A stretch of DNA of 64,000 bases from an uncultured delta proteobacterium (GTDB lineage: Bacteria > Desulfobacterota > Binatia > UBA9968): NCBI GenBank assembly GCA_963728565.1, contig CAVSLC010000006.1:56940-120939 (forward strand). The letters are read 5' to 3'. Below the pieces are notes generated by a model that searched no databases, had not been told where the DNA came from, and saw only the letters and a list, made by a program, of their open reading frames with translations. This document shows positions 18,056 to 26,961 of this stretch, in pieces. The position numbers were made by a program, and so were the translations under genes. Numbering within the stretch: the first letter of the stretch is position 1; each line of letters starts with the position of its first letter.

Positions 18056-19264
18056 ATGACTATTACGAATAGGTCAGCGGCGCTACTGCCGGGATTTCGA
18101 GTGCTGGATCTGACATCGTCCATGGGCGCGCTATGCGGTAAATTGCTCGGCGATATGGGCATGGACGTCATCAAAATCGAACCCCCGGAAGGGGACTCGG
18201 CGCGTTCCGAACCGCCCTTTGCCAACGGCCATGCGCACCGCGAAGGCAGTCTTCGTTTTGCTTATCTCAACGCCGGCAAACGAAGTATTACATTAGATAT
18301 TACAAAACCCCACGGTAAGCGGTTATTGCTATGGCTAACGAAGAGTGCCGATATCGTACTCGAAACTTTCGCGCCGGGTTTTCTCGCGTCGCACAATTTG
18401 GCTTATAGCGATCTGATCGAGACCCAAAACAAACTCATCCTGGGGTCGCTTACAGGCTTCGGCCAAGACGGACCCTACGCGCATTTCAAGACGCCGGACA
18501 TCGTCGGCACCGCCATGGGTGGATTGCTCTACATCAGCGGCGACCCGAAGATGGCACCCTGCAATCCGCCGGAAACTCAATCGTATTACTATGCCAGCCT
18601 ATTCGCCGCCTACGGCATTACCTTGGCTCTCTGGCAGCGGGAGACCCGAGGCATCGGTGCGTACATCGACGCTTCCGTTCAAGCCAGTATGGCGCTGCAC
18701 GAACATGTGGCCTTCAACTATTCCGCCGAGGGCCGGGTGATGAAGCGCGCCGGCAGCCAGCACCAGCACAATGCGCCAGCGAATCTGTTTGAATGCAAGA
18801 ACGGCTACATCGCTCTGTTCGTCACCCAGGCTCATTGGCCGTTGTTGCTCAAGGTCTGGGAAGATCACGCGCCGGAACTCGACGATCCCAAATGGATCAA
18901 CAGCAACCTGCGGCGTGCTAACGCTGACTATATCAACGCGCAGGTGACCACGTTTACATCCCGCTTCCTTAAAGAAGACCTTGCCGAACTGCTGCAGAAG
19001 CACGGCATACCCGGGTTGCCGGTCAACACGCCATCTGACTTTATGCAGGACCCGCACATCCGGGCGCGAGGGTTCTTCGCCACCGTGACACATCCTGTGC
19101 TCGGCTCGTTCGAGCAGCCGGGAAGTCCGTTTATGGTGAATGGTCAACGCGCGGCGGCGGCGGCCGCACCGCTTTTGGGCCAGCACAATCAGGAGATCTT
19201 TTGCGGCGAGCTCGGTTTGGAACCGAATGAATTGGCGGTTCTGGCGGCGGATGGTGTGATCTAA
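18056..19264 (+). CDS. Class III CoA-transferase subunit, apparently lacking the catalytic Asp
   Basis: RVLDLT, VIKIEPPEGD, NAGKRSITLD and TGFGQDGPY; PPETQSYY where the Asp is expected. Confidence 0.88.
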   Translation: MTITNRSAALLPGFRVLDLTSSMGALCGKLLGDMGMDVIKIEPPEGDSARSEPPFANGHAHREGSLRFAYLNAGKRSITLDITKPHGKRLLLWLTKSADIVLETFAPGFLASHNLAYSDLIETQNKLILGSLTGFGQDGPYAHFKTPDIVGTAMGGLLYISGDPKMAPCNPPETQSYYYASLFAAYGITLALWQRETRGIGAYIDASVQASMALHEHVAFNYSAEGRVMKRAGSQHQHNAPANLFECKNGYIALFVTQAHWPLLLKVWEDHAPELDDPKWINSNLRRANADYINAQVTTFTSRFLKEDLAELLQKHGIPGLPVNTPSDFMQDPHIRARGFFATVTHPVLGSFEQPGSPFMVNGQRAAAAAAPLLGQHNQEIFCGELGLEPNELAVLAADGVI

Positions 19265-19370
19265 AAAATTCTCAAGTATCAATTTAGATGGGTTGCTTGA
19301 ACGGTACACAGATGATCTTTACTGCGATTCGCGAATGAATTTACATGATGGCTAACGAACGGACTAAATC

Positions 19371-20585
19371 GTGTTGAGCGCGAATCGCATATTGGAAGGG
19401 GTGCGAATCCTCACCTTCACGACCGGGTATGCCGGTCCCTATGCCGGCAGGTTGCTGGCGAGCTACGGCGCTGAGGTCATCAAAATCGAGTCCCGAAAAG
19501 GCGGCCTCGACACTTTCCGCCATTACGGCCAACACCAAGACATCGACGCGGCGCCGCGCTTCATCGAGTGCAATCTGGGCGTTCGCTCGCTGAGCGTCAA
19601 TCTCAAGCATCCGATCGGCCAGCGGCTAATCAAAGAGCTCGCCGGAAAGGCGGATGCGATTTTGCAAAACTTTCGTCCCAGAGTATTGGATAAACTCGGT
19701 TTAGGCGACGACGAGCTTCGCAAAGTTAATCCTAAGCTTGCGATTCTTAAAATGCCCGGCTTCGGCTCCGACGGACCCAAGAGCAGCTATGGAACGTGGG
19801 GGTTCAATTTGACTGCGTTCTCAGGCATGACCTATCTGTGGAATCACCCGGAACAGGATCGCCCGATCGGCAGCCAGGGAGTGTATCCCGATCATTTGGG
19901 ATTCATCATCGGACCGACCTTGATGGTCGCTGCCTTATTAAACAGCCGCCGGACGGGGAAAGGAGTCACCATCGATTTGGCGCAGATCGAAGGCACCGCT
20001 TATACGCTCGGCACAACCTATCTCGAGGCTTCGGTTAACGGCGATGATCCAAAACCCCAAGGCAATCATTATGGCGTGGCGGCGCCGCATGGCTGTTACC
20101 GGTGCCGGGGCGATGATCGATGGTGCGTGATCTCAGTGCGAAACGACGATGAATGGCGCAGCTTCTGCAGCATCGTCGGTGCGCCGGAGTTGACTGGCGA
20201 CAGCCGGTTTGCCGATTGTCAGGCGCGACTCAAGCATTCATCCGAACTCGATGCCATCGTGCAGCAGTGGACGGAAACAAGAAGCGCGGAAGACATAATG
20301 ACCAGGCTCCAAGCCTCGGGCGTTGCGGCCGGAGTGGTGCAAACTGGCGCCGACTTACTGAGCGATCCGCAGCTGAGGCATCGAAACTACTTTGCGGCGT
20401 TTCCTGATTCTCTCATCGGCGCGTTTGAAGTCCCGCGCGGCGGCATTCTATTCAAGGGAATGGAGGAAGAGCCTTTTCGTTTACCCAATCGATTCGGTTC
20501 CGACAATGATCGGATTCTCGGCGAAATCCTGGGATACGATAAAGTGACCATCGATCAATGGCGCGGGGAAGATGTTCTTACTTGA
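19371..20585 (+). CDS. Class III CoA-transferase subunit, catalytic Asp retained
   Basis: LEGVRIL, AGPYAGRLLA.YGAEVIKIES, NFRP, GFGSDGP, VYPDH and APHGCYRC. Confidence 0.9.
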   Translation: MLSANRILEGVRILTFTTGYAGPYAGRLLASYGAEVIKIESRKGGLDTFRHYGQHQDIDAAPRFIECNLGVRSLSVNLKHPIGQRLIKELAGKADAILQNFRPRVLDKLGLGDDELRKVNPKLAILKMPGFGSDGPKSSYGTWGFNLTAFSGMTYLWNHPEQDRPIGSQGVYPDHLGFIIGPTLMVAALLNSRRTGKGVTIDLAQIEGTAYTLGTTYLEASVNGDDPKPQGNHYGVAAPHGCYRCRGDDRWCVISVRNDDEWRSFCSIVGAPELTGDSRFADCQARLKHSSELDAIVQQWTETRSAEDIMTRLQASGVAAGVVQTGADLLSDPQLRHRNYFAAFPDSLIGAFEVPRGGILFKGMEEEPFRLPNRFGSDNDRILGEILGYDKVTIDQWRGEDVLT

Positions 20586-20621
20586 CGGCCGTCGCGAACA
20601 GCTCTCCAAAAGGAGGCGCCC

Positions 20622-21605
20622 ATGTTGTTGAAGTCCTCTGTCATCGTAACGACTGTGCTGTTTCTACTGCATGCTGCACCGTGCGGCTCCCAAGATAGAA
20701 TCAGGCTTCGTGTTAGCTCGGCGACCAAGACGCTCGGCTACGGTCCACTGTGGATTGCGTCGAAGATGGGTTTCTTCGAACGCCAGGGACTCGATGTCGA
20801 TTTGGTTGTCATTCGGGCGTCCGACGTGGGTATTCAAGCGCTGGCCGGAGGTTCGCTGGAAATTGCCGGGAGCTCCGCCGACGCTCCTATAGCCGCCATC
20901 GAGAAGGGACTGGATCTGGTGATGATCGGCGGCATCATCAACGGCCTTACCCAGTCGATCATGGCGGCTAAGAAGTACAAAACTTACGCCGATTTGCGTG
21001 GCGCGACGTTCGGCGCCATAAGTCTGACTTCCGGTGTGACGTTTGCGCTCAGGCAGGTGCTGAAGGTCAAAGGGCTGGAGTATCCGCGCGATTACAAGCT
21101 TCTGGTCATCGGCGGAACGCCGCAGACGTACGCGGCTTTGACCGCCGGCCAGATCGACGCAGCGGCGCTGTCGCTGCCGGTCAATTACGCCGCGGAAGAG
21201 CAGGGCTTCAATGAAATCGGCAAGTTCGTCGATGTGATTCCCAACTATCAGCTTGCGGCGTTCTCTCTGAAGCGCTCCTGGGGAGAGAAAAACCGGCCGG
21301 TTGTGATGCGCTTCTCGAAGGCCATGGCTCAGACCATGCGCTGGATCTATCAAAACAAACAACCAGCGGTGGACTTCCTTGCCAGAGAAATGAACCTCAA
21401 ACCCGATCATGCCCGGCGCGGGTGGGAGTTTTATACGGGCAGCCGCATGTGGCATCCCGACGGCGATCTCAACCTAGACGGCCTCCAGGTGGTTACCCAG
21501 ATTTACGCCGAACAAACCCAAGCCAAAGGTCCGGTGTCGAACGCGGTCAAATATATCGATCAGAGTTATCTAAAAGAAGCGCTCAAAGAGCTTGGCAGCC
21601 AATAG
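20622..21605 (+). CDS. SsuA/THI5-like solute-binding protein
   Basis: Signal peptide, PLWIASKMGFFERQGLDV, GQIDAA, YIDQSYL. Confidence 0.85.
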   Translation: MLLKSSVIVTTVLFLLHAAPCGSQDRIRLRVSSATKTLGYGPLWIASKMGFFERQGLDVDLVVIRASDVGIQALAGGSLEIAGSSADAPIAAIEKGLDLVMIGGIINGLTQSIMAAKKYKTYADLRGATFGAISLTSGVTFALRQVLKVKGLEYPRDYKLLVIGGTPQTYAALTAGQIDAAALSLPVNYAAEEQGFNEIGKFVDVIPNYQLAAFSLKRSWGEKNRPVVMRFSKAMAQTMRWIYQNKQPAVDFLAREMNLKPDHARRGWEFYTGSRMWHPDGDLNLDGLQVVTQIYAEQTQAKGPVSNAVKYIDQSYLKEALKELGSQ

Positions 21606-21628
21606 CGATTTGCCGGGCGAAAGACAGT

Positions 21629-22672
21629 ATGCACAAACTCATTTCAACGGCTGTTTGTTGCTTGATCGCATCGGTTGCTCTGGTTCCGTTTTCAAGCCAT
21701 GCAGCGGAAGCAGCTACCGCGGATGTTTACCAGGGCAAGACAGTACGTATCTTGGTCGGCTATCCGCCCGGAGGCGGCTATGATTTTTACGCGCGCCTCA
21801 TGGCGCGCTACATCGGCAAGTACATTCCCGGCAATCCCGATTTTATAGTGGAAAACATGCCTGGGGCCGGGAGCTTGGCTTCAGCGAACTACCTGTACAA
21901 GCTGGCAAAGAACGACGGGCTGACCTTGGGACATTTCAGCGGCTCGTTGTTTCCGCTCCAAGCAATGGGCCAAAACGAAATCCAGTTCGATTCGGTAAAG
22001 TTCGAATACGTCGGCGGCGTAGCCAAGGTGGAAATCGTCTGCGGCTTTCCAAAAGCCGGCGGCGTCGACAGTGTCGAGAAATGGATGGCGCTAAAAACTC
22101 CGCCTAGGCTGGGGGCCACCGCTCCCGGAACCGGCGGTCACGACACTTCGCGGGTAATCCACGCGACCACCGGGCTGCCAATGCAACTAGTGCTCGGTTA
22201 CAAGAGTACCGGAGATATGCGCCTGGCGATCGAAAGAGGCGAGCTTAATGGAACTTGCAACGGCTGGGAAACCTTTCGCTCGCTGTGGAAAAAATCGATC
22301 GAAAGCGGCGATCTGACAATTGTCTTGCAAGCGCTGCCCAAACCGCATGCGGATCTGCCCAAAGTTCCGCTGGTTATCGATTACGCCAAGACCGAGGAGG
22401 CGCGCCGGTTGATCCAATTAGGTATTCACGACGTCAGCGCAATCGCGAGGCCGTTTGTGCTCCCGCCGGGAACTGCCAAGGACCGAGTCCAACTTTTCCG
22501 GCAGGCTTTTTGGGCGACCATGAGCGATGCCGGTTTTCTGGCCGACGCGGAAAAATCAAATCTCGATATCAGTCCGCTGAGTGGCGAGGAATTAGAGAGA
22601 ACTGTTCATGGCCTAGTGAAAACGAATCCCGCCTTATTGTCGAAACTCAAACAGATTCTTACCCCGCAATAA
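21629..22672 (+). CDS. TctC/Bug-family tripartite tricarboxylate transporter binding protein
   Basis: YQGKTVRILVGYPPGGGYD.YAR, VENMPGAGS, RPFVLPPGT; signal peptide after ATG 21629. Confidence 0.88.
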   Translation: MHKLISTAVCCLIASVALVPFSSHAAEAATADVYQGKTVRILVGYPPGGGYDFYARLMARYIGKYIPGNPDFIVENMPGAGSLASANYLYKLAKNDGLTLGHFSGSLFPLQAMGQNEIQFDSVKFEYVGGVAKVEIVCGFPKAGGVDSVEKWMALKTPPRLGATAPGTGGHDTSRVIHATTGLPMQLVLGYKSTGDMRLAIERGELNGTCNGWETFRSLWKKSIESGDLTIVLQALPKPHADLPKVPLVIDYAKTEEARRLIQLGIHDVSAIARPFVLPPGTAKDRVQLFRQAFWATMSDAGFLADAEKSNLDISPLSGEELERTVHGLVKTNPALLSKLKQILTPQ

Positions 22673-23013
22673 TGTCGGTATAGTGCCGATGCCACAATCA
22701 AACACAATCTAGCCGGCCACGACGCGCCACCGCCGGCGCATCCCGTCATTAGCAGAGAATCGCTCGGCGATAGCCAAAGAGCAGCGTAACCTCTGCTCGG
22801 ATATAAACGCGACACGGTTGGCGCATTTTTCGGCCACGGACGTCAGTCATGGCTTTACTTCGCGCCTGTCTCTTCATTAAGCCATAGCAACTTCGGCTAC
22901 AATGTGTACCCAAAGTTGCGCTTTCGATCCCCGGTCAACCTGCAAGGTTACGCAAGTTTAGAACTCTTGCCGCAATTTCGGCACTCGTTAGTCTGAAAGT
23001 TCTCCCCCCCAGC

Positions 23014-23030
23014 TTGGCATTCACGTTGCT
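23014..23030 (+). promoter_or_regulatory. Sigma54 (-24/-12) promoter
   Basis: TTGGCATTCACGTTGCT has the exact GG-N10-GC spacing, about 48 nt upstream of ORF 23078. Confidence 0.6.
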
Positions 23031-23077
23031 CTCGGAGGTAATCGCGTTGGCGCCATTTTGACCACTGAGGTCGGCGC

Positions 23078-23332
23078 ATGATTGAGAGACATCGTCGAAT
23101 GAAGGCTAAAATAATCCCGCTCTATGGTGTCGCAAAAAGCAAGACGTCGTGTTCCCCGCCGAACAAGCACCAGCATCGTTGCCCATTGTGCCGGAGAATG
23201 ACAATGGAAACCGATGAAGTCTGCGGCTTATCGATTGATCATGTATTTGCGTGCGTGCCATGCCTAAAAGAGTATCGTTCCGGTCTGGAATCAGATAGCG
23301 ATGTCGCTGGTGGTGACGTTGATCTTGAGTAA
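23078..23332 (+). CDS. Small Cys/His-rich putative zinc-finger protein
   Basis: HQHRCPLC...C...H...CVPC; GAGGT RBS; upstream sigma54 site. Confidence 0.55.
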   Translation: MIERHRRMKAKIIPLYGVAKSKTSCSPPNKHQHRCPLCRRMTMETDEVCGLSIDHVFACVPCLKEYRSGLESDSDVAGGDVDLE

Positions 23333-23428
23333 CGAACTTGTCTTTGCCGGCTATTCGCGAAACCAACTCTTGAATATTATTTTAAGCGAACCTAAACTTA
23401 GCGATCATGTTTTTCGGACTTGCGCTGA

Positions 23429-23965
23429 GTGACTAGCCCGCCTGAAACCTTCGAAAGCGAACGGCTGCAACTGCGAAAACCGGTATTGGCGGATGCTGAG
23501 GAGATCTTTCGCCAATATGCCCAGGATGCTGAAGTCACCAAATATTTAACCTGGCTGCCCTACGGCAAAGTCGACGAGACTCGCGCCTTCATTCGGACTT
23601 GCCTGGCGACTTGGCAGGAAGGCAATTCCTATCATTGGACCCTGGTACGCAAAGAAGACGGTCAGCTCCTGGGTATGATCAACGCCAGAGTCGACGGTCA
23701 CAAGTGGGAACTCGGTTATGTCCTGGCCCGGAGATATTGGGGCAGAGGATACATGACCGAGGCGGTCAAGTCGCTCATCGATACCGCCTTCAAAGACCCT
23801 GCGGTTTACCGCGTCTGGGCCGTGTGTGATATCAATAACGTGGCGTCGGCCCGGGTAATGGAAAAGGCCGGCATGCAACGAGAAGGACTCCTGCGCCGCT
23901 GGTCAGTTCATCCGACCATCGGCGCCGAGCCGCGCGATTCTTTTTGCTACTCCATCACCAAGTAA
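23429..23965 (+). CDS. GNAT N-acetyltransferase (RimJ/RimL family)
   Basis: ERLQLRKP, ELGYVLARRYWGRGYMTEA and N.ASARVMEKAGM. Confidence 0.88.
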   Translation: MTSPPETFESERLQLRKPVLADAEEIFRQYAQDAEVTKYLTWLPYGKVDETRAFIRTCLATWQEGNSYHWTLVRKEDGQLLGMINARVDGHKWELGYVLARRYWGRGYMTEAVKSLIDTAFKDPAVYRVWAVCDINNVASARVMEKAGMQREGLLRRWSVHPTIGAEPRDSFCYSITK

Positions 23966-24209
23966 ATCCCTACGAATCACAAGGGTGAAAGCGGAAATCT
24001 GAAAGCGGAATCCAATTTTCAGCTTTCATCTTTCATAATTGATCTTTCCAGCAGCCTGTAAGCAGAGTTTTCTTCAGACTTAAGGTAGTCGCGAGGTTAG
24101 AGGATTCCTTGTTATTGTAAAAACCGTCGATTAGGATGGCGTGCGAAGCGGCACGACGGCGCTTGCAATCAGAGATGTCAATTTACTGGATTCTTTTGAG
24201 GTGAAGTTC

Positions 24210-25199
24210 ATGTTCAGAGCCGTTGTCTCTATAGCATTTACTTTTTCGTTGGTCGTCACCCATCCGTTTCTCGCCTCGGCCCAGGAACGGGTGCGGGTCG
24301 GCTGGGCGGCGATGACGGCTTCGCACACGCCGCTTTGGGTGGCGCAGGAAAAGGGATTTTCAGTCAAGCAGGGTCTTGCGGTCGAGTCGATCTTTTTCGG
24401 CGCCGGTCCACCGGCGATGCAGGCGCTGGTCGCGGGCGATCTCGATATCGTCATCACGTCGGCGCCTAACGTAGTTAATCCCCGGCTCGGCGGCGCCGAT
24501 ACCGTGATGATACTGTCGATCATCCCGACTTTCATCGACCATATAATCAGCGCACCGAATATTACCACCCCTGAGCAGTTGCGCGGAAAGATCGGCTCGG
24601 TCAATCGCTTCGGCAGTATTTCGGACATGGGGCTGCGGCTTTCACTCCGGCGCCTGGGCATCGATCCGGAGAAGGACGTAAGGATTGTCCCCGCCGGCGG
24701 CAATCCCGAGCGGCTCGCGGCTATTTCAAAGAACATCTCGCAATTCACCATCATGAACGAGCCTTTCATAAAGGAAGCCGAACGCCTCGGCTATCGCGAT
24801 TTAGTTAACATGGCAACGTTGAAGATCCCGCTGCACGGCAACGGCATCGTGACTACGGAGGCGATCATCAAGAGCAAGCGACCGATGGTGACGAAGTTTG
24901 TCCGCGCGATAACCGAAGCCATCCATTACGTCAAGAACGATAAAGAAGGGACCAAGGCGGTCATAGGCAAGTACACCAAGCTGACTGATCCCGAAGGCCT
25001 GGAGCGGACCTACAAAAATTACACTTCAGTTCTGCTGGAAGTGCCGTATGCCGACCCCACAGGTATAAAAACCTTGCTCGACGATATGGCGCCGCGCAAT
25101 CCCAAAGCCGCATCGGCCGATCCCAAGGCGTTCGTTGATCCCACCTTTGTGCAGGAAATGGAATCCTCGGGGTTCATCAAGCAGCTCTACCGGCGCTAG
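24210..25199 (+). CDS. SsuA/THI5-like solute-binding protein
   Basis: Signal peptide, PLWVAQEKGF, FVDPTFVQEMESSGF. Confidence 0.85.
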   Translation: MFRAVVSIAFTFSLVVTHPFLASAQERVRVGWAAMTASHTPLWVAQEKGFSVKQGLAVESIFFGAGPPAMQALVAGDLDIVITSAPNVVNPRLGGADTVMILSIIPTFIDHIISAPNITTPEQLRGKIGSVNRFGSISDMGLRLSLRRLGIDPEKDVRIVPAGGNPERLAAISKNISQFTIMNEPFIKEAERLGYRDLVNMATLKIPLHGNGIVTTEAIIKSKRPMVTKFVRAITEAIHYVKNDKEGTKAVIGKYTKLTDPEGLERTYKNYTSVLLEVPYADPTGIKTLLDDMAPRNPKAASADPKAFVDPTFVQEMESSGFIKQLYRR

Positions 25200-25257
25200 C
25201 GTGACCCGGCTGCGCTGAGGGCGCCGATGCTGCTTCTCTTTAGAGTTTGAAAACTCG

Positions 25258-25625
25258 ATACCGGTAGTATTTAACCTCGGCTTTCGCCCATTCTTTCTTC
25301 TAAGCGGCGTATTCGCAGTCATCTTGATGGCTCTATGGATCCCCGCCTTCAGAGGCCGACGCGCCTTGAGCATTTACTACGGACAGATTGGTCGGCATAG
25401 CCATAAAATGATCTTCGGCTATACCGCCGGGGTCATCGCCGGCTTTTTGCTGACTGCCGTGCGCAACTGGACCGAAGACCGACAACAACTGGCGTTCTTT
25501 AGCCGCTCCGGTTTTCTCAGCTGGTTGTCCTAAGTGGCATGGTCTGGATTGCGGCCCTCCTGATGTTCGCGATCGTCTATGCGCCGATTTTTACCCGGCC
25601 CAGGACTGACGGGAAGCCCGGTTAA
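25258..25625 (+). pseudogene. nnrS: nnrS remnant with a large internal deletion
   Basis: N-terminal NnrS motifs LGFRPFFL and HSHKMIFGY...GFLLTAVRNWT lie about 60 nt from the C-terminal motif YAPIFTRPRTDGKPG-stop; no in-frame ATG upstream of these motifs. Confidence 0.7.
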
Positions 25626-25807
25626 AATCCTGGGCAAAGGGTTATTACCTGTAGTAGAAGAGTCCCGAATATAGTGCTCCGGTCCGGATGCGGACGACCG
25701 TTTGACGGTGCGGCGGCGCTCGTATGCGAACGCGTGCAGCAAAGGTCGAAAATCACGCGCTTCTACATCAATATTCTTGCGACCTGCTTCCGCAAAGGAG
25801 TTTGAAA

Positions 25808-26803
25808 ATGACACTTCGTGCTTTGCTAACAGATGTTCGTCTCATGATCGTAGTTTTAAGCGTTGGCACTTCCTTTTCTGCTTCTGGTAATGCCGCCGAG
25901 AAACTCGTTGGTCTTCAGTCCGCGCCGAGCATGGCCATGGCGCTGCCCTGGGTAGCCGAGGAAGCGCGGCTTTACTCGAAATACGACCTCGACTTTCAAC
26001 TGGTCTATATCGCCTCATCCGGCATCGTCACCGCGGCCATGAGCAGCGGCAGCGGCGCCGTGGCTATCGTTGGCGGTGAAGGACCGATTCGCGCTTTTCT
26101 GGGCGGCAATACCGATTTTGTCTTCATTGGCTCGGTGAAAAATGTCTTGACCCACAGCATCATGGGCAAGCCCGACATCAAAAAACCGGATGATTTAAAG
26201 GGTAGGCGAATCGGCGTCGGACGGATCGGCGGCAACTCGCACTACTTCGCCCAGTACGGCTTTCGCCAGAAGGGTTTGGATCTAACTCGCGACGCCAACT
26301 TTATACAGACCGGCGGCGCGCCTGAAACGTTCCAGGCCTTAGCCTCGGGCGCGGTCGATGCCGCTTCGCTGACGACGCCGCAAGACACGCGAGCCGCCTT
26401 CATGGGTTACAATTACGTGATCGACGGGCGCGAATTAAGACCTCCGTACGTGGCCACCGGATTCGTGACGTTGCGATCGGTCATTGCCAAACGACCGAAG
26501 GTCGTCAGTAGTTTCATGCACGCTATGGCAGAATCGCTCAAGCTCATGATGACCGATCGCGAACTGGCTTATCGGTTGATGGCAAGGAAAATTGGTCTCA
26601 CCGATCGCAAGGTCTTCGACGCCGCTTATACCGCCGAAATGAAAGTTCTAGAGCCACGGCTAGATATCAAGGCCATCGCCATCCAGGCAACCCTCGATGA
26701 AATCGCCAAAACAGACCCGCGCGCCAAGCAAGTGAATGCAGCGCAGCTGATCGACCGCCGCTTTCTCGATGAGATGGAAAAGGACGGGACGTTCGGACGG
26801 TGA
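25808..26803 (+). CDS. SsuA/THI5-like solute-binding protein
   Basis: AAGGAG RBS, signal peptide, DLKGRRIGV, GAVDAA, LIDRRFLDEMEKDG; close paralog of 37740..38738. Confidence 0.85.
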   Translation: MTLRALLTDVRLMIVVLSVGTSFSASGNAAEKLVGLQSAPSMAMALPWVAEEARLYSKYDLDFQLVYIASSGIVTAAMSSGSGAVAIVGGEGPIRAFLGGNTDFVFIGSVKNVLTHSIMGKPDIKKPDDLKGRRIGVGRIGGNSHYFAQYGFRQKGLDLTRDANFIQTGGAPETFQALASGAVDAASLTTPQDTRAAFMGYNYVIDGRELRPPYVATGFVTLRSVIAKRPKVVSSFMHAMAESLKLMMTDRELAYRLMARKIGLTDRKVFDAAYTAEMKVLEPRLDIKAIAIQATLDEIAKTDPRAKQVNAAQLIDRRFLDEMEKDGTFGR

Positions 26804-26961
26804 AAGAGATTCAAGTCTCAATCGGCTAGAGGGCAGTAGATAAAAGGGCTGAGGTGGGATGATCGGAGTGGATTTGCCCAATCTACACTTAAAGCACCTT
26901 TTATCGATGTCCCTCATATCGTTCAGCTTTCAATCTCTATGTCGGTGCGAGACACAAGCCA

